Shown here: positions 60,753 through 64,000 of the stretch, one piece after another
How positions within the stretch are numbered: the first letter of the stretch is position 1
Layout: every line of letters begins with the position of its first letter
Assembly (NCBI GenBank): GCA_028344535.1
Contig: JAOMBK010000002.1
Span: 44,614-108,613, forward strand
Direction of reading: 5' to 3'
DNA from: Pseudomonadota bacterium
Lineage (GTDB): Bacteria > Pseudomonadota > Gammaproteobacteria > Magnimaribacterales > D2472
Length of the DNA stretch: 64,000 bases
Position numbers and translations under genes: made by a program
Notes under the pieces: model-generated
The model's database searches: none
Told to the model about the DNA's origin: nothing
What the model saw: only the letters and a program-made list of their open reading frames with translations

Positions 60753-61655
60753 TTAACCTCTTGGATGATGTTGCTTGACCATATCGCTTAGCCTTTGTTT
60801 TGCAATGTGAGTATATATCTGAGTTGTGGATAGATCACTATGACCTAATAACATTTGAACTGATCTGAGGTCTGCACCATTATTTAATAAATGCGTTGCA
60901 AATGCATGTCTGAGAGTATGAGGAGAAACATCCATGGAAAGTCCTGAAGCTTTTAAATAAATCTTAATCCTGTGCCAAAATGCCTGTCGGGTAATTTTCT
61001 TACCTTGTTGACTAATAAAAAAATCTCGTGAATTAAGCGATAGATTATTTTTTCGCCTGAACTCTATGTAATGAATTAGCCATGAGAGAGCATCATCTCC
61101 AAATGGAATCATTCGCTCTTTTCCGCCCTTGCCCATTACCTTTATCAAAGATCTATTTAAATCAATATTGCTATATTCTAGATTAATCAGCTCACTGATT
61201 CTGACGCCTGTGGCATAAAGTAGCTCAATCATAGCTCTATCCCTTAATCCGATAAAGTTAGAGCAGTCTGGAGCATCGATTAAGCTATTTACGTCAATGA
61301 TTGATAGAGATTTTGGAAGTGACATGCTTTTCTTGGGTCCTGATATATTTACAACAGGATTAAATTTTAAAAGTTTTGTTTTGCTTAAATAATTAAAAAA
61401 ATGTTTTAAAGATGATAGTTTTCTATTAATTGTAGAATTGGATAGATTGACGCCTTTCAAATACTTAAGATAATTTTCTATGTCAGATTCAGTTGAATCC
61501 ATAGGGTCACATCTTTGATTTAAAAACAACCATTTTTTAAAAGCCTGGCAGTCATTTGAATAAGCTTTTATCGTATTTTCAGATAAGCCTTTCTCAAGTC
61601 GCAAGGATGATAAAAAAGAATCTACTAATGGATCCTTTTTTAAGTCAGAAGACAT
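60753..61655 (-). CDS. xerD: Site-specific tyrosine recombinase XerD
   Basis: 300 aa. R...HTLRHAFATHLL...GHSDLSTTQIYTH catalytic set. xerD-dsbC-hom-thrC order as in Pseudomonas. Confidence 0.85.
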   Translation of the reverse strand: MSSDLKKDPLVDSFLSSLRLEKGLSENTIKAYSNDCQAFKKWLFLNQRCDPMDSTESDIENYLKYLKGVNLSNSTINRKLSSLKHFFNYLSKTKLLKFNPVVNISGPKKSMSLPKSLSIIDVNSLIDAPDCSNFIGLRDRAMIELLYATGVRISELINLEYSNIDLNRSLIKVMGKGGKERMIPFGDDALSWLIHYIEFRRKNNLSLNSRDFFISQQGKKITRQAFWHRIKIYLKASGLSMDVSPHTLRHAFATHLLNNGADLRSVQMLLGHSDLSTTQIYTHIAKQRLSDMVKQHHPRG

Positions 61656-61659
61656 AAGA

Positions 61660-62283
61660 TTAGTCTAGTCTTTCTTTGATTCTTGCAGATCGTCCTGATC
61701 TTTCTCGGAGGTAATAAAGCTTTGCTTGCCTAACATCACCTTTTCTTTTGACAGAAATGGAATCAATCATTGGGCTATGAAGTTGAAAAGTTCTTTCAAC
61801 ACCTATACCACTGGAAATTTTTCTAACTATAAATGCAGAATTTAAGCCAGCATTTTTAATATTCATAACCACTCCTTCAAAAGCCTGGAGTCTAGTTCTA
61901 TCTCCTTCTCTGACTTTTACAGATACTACAACCGTGTCGCCAGGTCTGAATGATGGGATGTTATCTTTTAATTGGTCTGCCTCAAATGATTCAATGATTT
62001 GTGCAGGTGTTCTTTCATCAGTTGTTACTGCAACAGATGCTTCTTCAGGCTGATCATCTGCCGCGGATTCATCAGTTGTAGATGCTTCTTCTACAGGAGC
62101 ATCTGATACTGAGTCTTCATCTGAATGAGCTTCTTCCGCTCCTGACTGTTCTGGCGAAACTTCAGAGGATGCTGTGGCTCCCACAGATGCTTCTTCAGAT
62201 GATGATTCCTCTGATGCAGTTTCTTTTACATCAACATTTTCAGTTGTTGTTGTATCTAAATTTTCGTTATCTTTGTCTGCCAT
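61660..62283 (-). CDS. rplS: 50S ribosomal protein L19 with a ~93-aa acidic low-complexity N-terminal extension
   Basis: The C-terminal 114 aa ([25 protein letters not shown]...RIKERLD) align end to end with E. coli L19. The preceding 93 aa are D/E/S/T/A-rich. There is no in-frame ATG between 62283 and the conserved core. Confidence 0.85.
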   Translation of the reverse strand: MADKDNENLDTTTTENVDVKETASEESSSEEASVGATASSEVSPEQSGAEEAHSDEDSVSDAPVEEASTTDESAADDQPEEASVAVTTDERTPAQIIESFEADQLKDNIPSFRPGDTVVVSVKVREGDRTRLQAFEGVVMNIKNAGLNSAFIVRKISSGIGVERTFQLHSPMIDSISVKRKGDVRQAKLYYLRERSGRSARIKERLD

Positions 62284-62316
62284 GATTTTGCCTAAAAAAT
62301 GAGCTATAGGATACGC

Positions 62317-63036
62317 TTAGAAGCCAAATCTTCCAAGAGTTTTTTTTGTTTTTTTGTTAATTTTATATTTTTTTAACAATTCAGGTCGTCTTTCAAAAGT
62401 TCTTATTAAAGCTTGATTGTCTTTCCATTCTTGTATTTTTTTATGATCTCCTGACAATAATACCTCTGGTACTGACTCAGAGTTAAAATTTTCTGGTCTT
62501 GTGAACACAGGCCCCTTTAAAAAACCTTGACTTAATGAATCAAGGTCAACGGATCTTTTATTACCAATGACTCCTGGAATAAACCTTGATAATGAGTCTA
62601 TAAGACTCAATGCAGCAAATTCTCCTCCACTTAGAACAAAGTCACCAATTGAAATTTCCTCATCAACATACTGTGAAATAAATCTCTCATCAATTCCCTC
62701 ATACCTGCCTGAGATAATTGTTATGCTTTCAAGTGAGGAAAGCTCTTTTGATTTATCATGATTTAAAAGGTTGCCCTGAGGAGAAAGGTTAATTACCTTG
62801 CCTAAGATATCAGCTGGAATATCCTTAATTGATTTCTCCAAAGGCTCTGCCATGAGAACCATGCCCTGCCCACCACCATATTGCTTGTCATCAACTTGAC
62901 CATGCTTATTAATTTGATGTTTTCGTAAATTAAAAATATTAATTTTTATATCTTCTCTATTTATGGCTTGGCCAAGCAATCCATAATTTAGTGCTTCAAA
63001 TATTTCAGGAAATAAAGTAATTATATTTATATTCAT
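62317..63036 (-). CDS. trmD: tRNA (guanine37-N1)-methyltransferase
   Basis: I prefer the ATG at 63036 (MNINIITLFPEIF, as in E. coli MWIGIISLFPEMF) to the TTG at 63060. YGGGQGMV and SGRYEGIDER motifs. Confidence 0.9.
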   Translation of the reverse strand: MNINIITLFPEIFEALNYGLLGQAINREDIKINIFNLRKHQINKHGQVDDKQYGGGQGMVLMAEPLEKSIKDIPADILGKVINLSPQGNLLNHDKSKELSSLESITIISGRYEGIDERFISQYVDEEISIGDFVLSGGEFAALSLIDSLSRFIPGVIGNKRSVDLDSLSQGFLKGPVFTRPENFNSESVPEVLLSGDHKKIQEWKDNQALIRTFERRPELLKKYKINKKTKKTLGRFGF

Positions 63037-63041
63037 GAGGC

Positions 63042-63581
63042 TTAATAATCTTCCTGCCAATCAACTAAAATTGAATTCTCTGATTTATTAATTGAAATAA
63101 TTACTCTATTTTTAATAAATGGGATTAAAATATTTTTCTTTTGTTTGTTATTAGGCTTGACCGCTAGCACATCGCTAGCTCCAAAATTATTCACTTCCTG
63201 GACTTGACCAAGATGGCATCCTTCAAGGTTTATAATTTGCATACCCTCTAACTCAAACCAATAAGCTTCGTTAACTTCTAATTCAGGTAACTCTGATTTC
63301 AGTATAAATATGTCTTTTTGACCAAACGCCTTGATCTCATCAATATCATTAATAGATTTAAGTTTTGCAACAATATTTGCATTATTTTGTTTCATGAATT
63401 CAAACTGCACTTCTTGCATTTTAGATGATGAAAGAGCATAGAATTTCTTAAAAGAAAATAGCGCCTCTGGGTTTTGAGCAAATGATCTAAGAAAAAACTC
63501 GCCCTTGAGGCCTCTTGTCTTGCCTATTTTGGCAATTAGGAGAAAAAGTGAAAGATCTACTGAGCTATTTTTTCTCATCAT
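63042..63581 (-). CDS. rimM: Ribosome maturation factor RimM
   Basis: 179 aa. IGKTRGLKGEF and the PRC-barrel C-terminus. Its start overlaps the end of the rpsP tail by 17 nt. Confidence 0.85.
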   Translation of the reverse strand: MMRKNSSVDLSLFLLIAKIGKTRGLKGEFFLRSFAQNPEALFSFKKFYALSSSKMQEVQFEFMKQNNANIVAKLKSINDIDEIKAFGQKDIFILKSELPELEVNEAYWFELEGMQIINLEGCHLGQVQEVNNFGASDVLAVKPNNKQKKNILIPFIKNRVIISINKSENSILVDWQEDY

Positions 63582-64000
63582 CTGAAGATTCTTCTTCAGA
63601 CTCTTCTGATTGTGTCTCTTCTACTGGAGTTTCTTCTGCTGGAGCTTCATCTGCTGGAGCTTCTGCTTCTGCTTCTGCTGTTTCTTCTGCTGGAGCTTCC
63701 TCTGCTGGAGCTTCTGCTTCAGCTTTAGCTTCTTCTTCTGCTGGAGCTTCTGCTTCTGCTTCTGCTGGAGCTTCCTCTGCTGGAGCTTCTACTTCAGCTT
63801 TAGCTTCTTCTTCTGCCGCTTCTTTAGCTTTTGCTTCTAACTCAGCTATCTTTTGCGCTTTGATTGCTTCTTTCTTTTGTGCTCGTTTATCTATCTTTGC
63901 ATCAAGCTTTGCTTGAAGCTCATCTGAAGACAGCCTAGCGTCTTTTGCCAATTCTGATACTTTATCTGAAAGTTGAGCACCTTGTGAAATCCAATGATCT
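63565..64000 (-). CDS. rpsP: 30S ribosomal protein S16, 3' portion (5' end beyond the window), with a ~120-aa Ala/Glu/Pro-rich acidic C-terminal extension
   Basis: The ORF-track 'start' at 63951 is a TTG inside an open frame. Translating upstream to 64000 gives DHWISQGAQLSDKVSELAKDA, matching E. coli S16 ...[20 protein letters not shown]. The tail is (A/E/P/K)-rich and ends SEESEEESSDDEKK. Confidence 0.85.
   Translation of the reverse strand, partial: DHWISQGAQLSDKVSELAKDARLSSDELQAKLDAKIDKRAQKKEAIKAQKIAELEAKAKEAAEEEAKAEVEAPAEEAPAEAEAEAPAEEEAKAEAEAPAEEAPAEETAEAEAEAPADEAPAEETPVEETQSEESEEESSDDEKK
63689..63816. repeat. 75-nt (25-codon) tandem duplication within nested GCTGGAGCTTC-type repeats in the rpsP tail
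   Basis: The 53-nt tract 63689..63741 and the tract 63764..63816 differ at one base (checked base by base). A further partial copy starts near 63638. Confidence 0.85.

Noticed and set aside
60753-61655. Tyrosine recombinase as a possible phage or island integrase (mobile element)
   Set aside because: Its sequence and N-terminal domain look like housekeeping XerD. It sits in the conserved rplS / xerD-dsbC-hom-thrC context, 4 nt after rplS, with no flanking phage genes or att-like repeats.
63515-63916. 133-aa plus-strand ORF rich in Ser/Ala (…SSAGASSAGASASA…), together with the 76-aa Cys/Phe/Trp-rich ORF at 63610..63840
   Set aside because: Both are antisense or alternative-frame shadows of the repetitive rpsP tail. 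The minus-strand frame is continuous with a recognisable S16 core, and these ORFs have no RBS or start context.

Overview
AT-rich, very gene-dense chromosomal segment: about 70 CDS and 2 tRNAs, with many start/stop overlaps of 1-17 nt. It looks like a streamlined gammaproteobacterium. From memory, gene order matches the Pseudomonas layout: rpoE/anti-sigma/mucD-lepA-lepB-rnc-era-recO, xerD-dsbC-hom-thrC and rpsP-rimM-trmD-rplS. A marine SAR86-like origin is only a guess. Content is mostly housekeeping: translation, Sec translocon, queuosine, proline, threonine and serine synthesis, class Ia ribonucleotide reductase, and C1/formate metabolism. I saw no rRNA, CRISPR array, transposase, phage block or recognisable defence system. 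Five items are missing from or misrepresented in the ORF track. (1) The N-terminal part of an NAD-dependent formate dehydrogenase runs off the left edge (1..823, minus). (2) The 3' part of rpsP runs off the right edge (63565..64000, minus). (3) prfB carries the classic programmed +1 frameshift (CTT TGA C at 56643..56649). (4) tRNA-Glu(UUC) lies at 9700..9775 (minus). (5) tRNA-Leu(CAA) lies at 16678..16762 (plus). The best candidate for something undescribed is a tandem pair of paralogous lipoproteins (20881..24210). Each combines a Cys-polyGly tether, a cadherin-like repeat, a conserved ~260-aa core I cannot assign, and a C-terminal ~100-aa domain with a type-1 copper ligand pattern (His ... 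Cys-x2-His-x2-Met). Secondary observations: long acidic low-complexity extensions on both L19 (N-terminal) and S16 (C-terminal, with a 75-nt tandem duplication); an inverted pair of perfect DnaA boxes in the ung/OYE divergent intergenic region; DnaA plus NrdR boxes upstream of nrdAB; a small periplasmic His/Met-rich protein; and a tightly packed AKR / small secreted / 4-TM / ceramidase-like cluster. All functional calls come from reading the translations by eye. No database search was possible.
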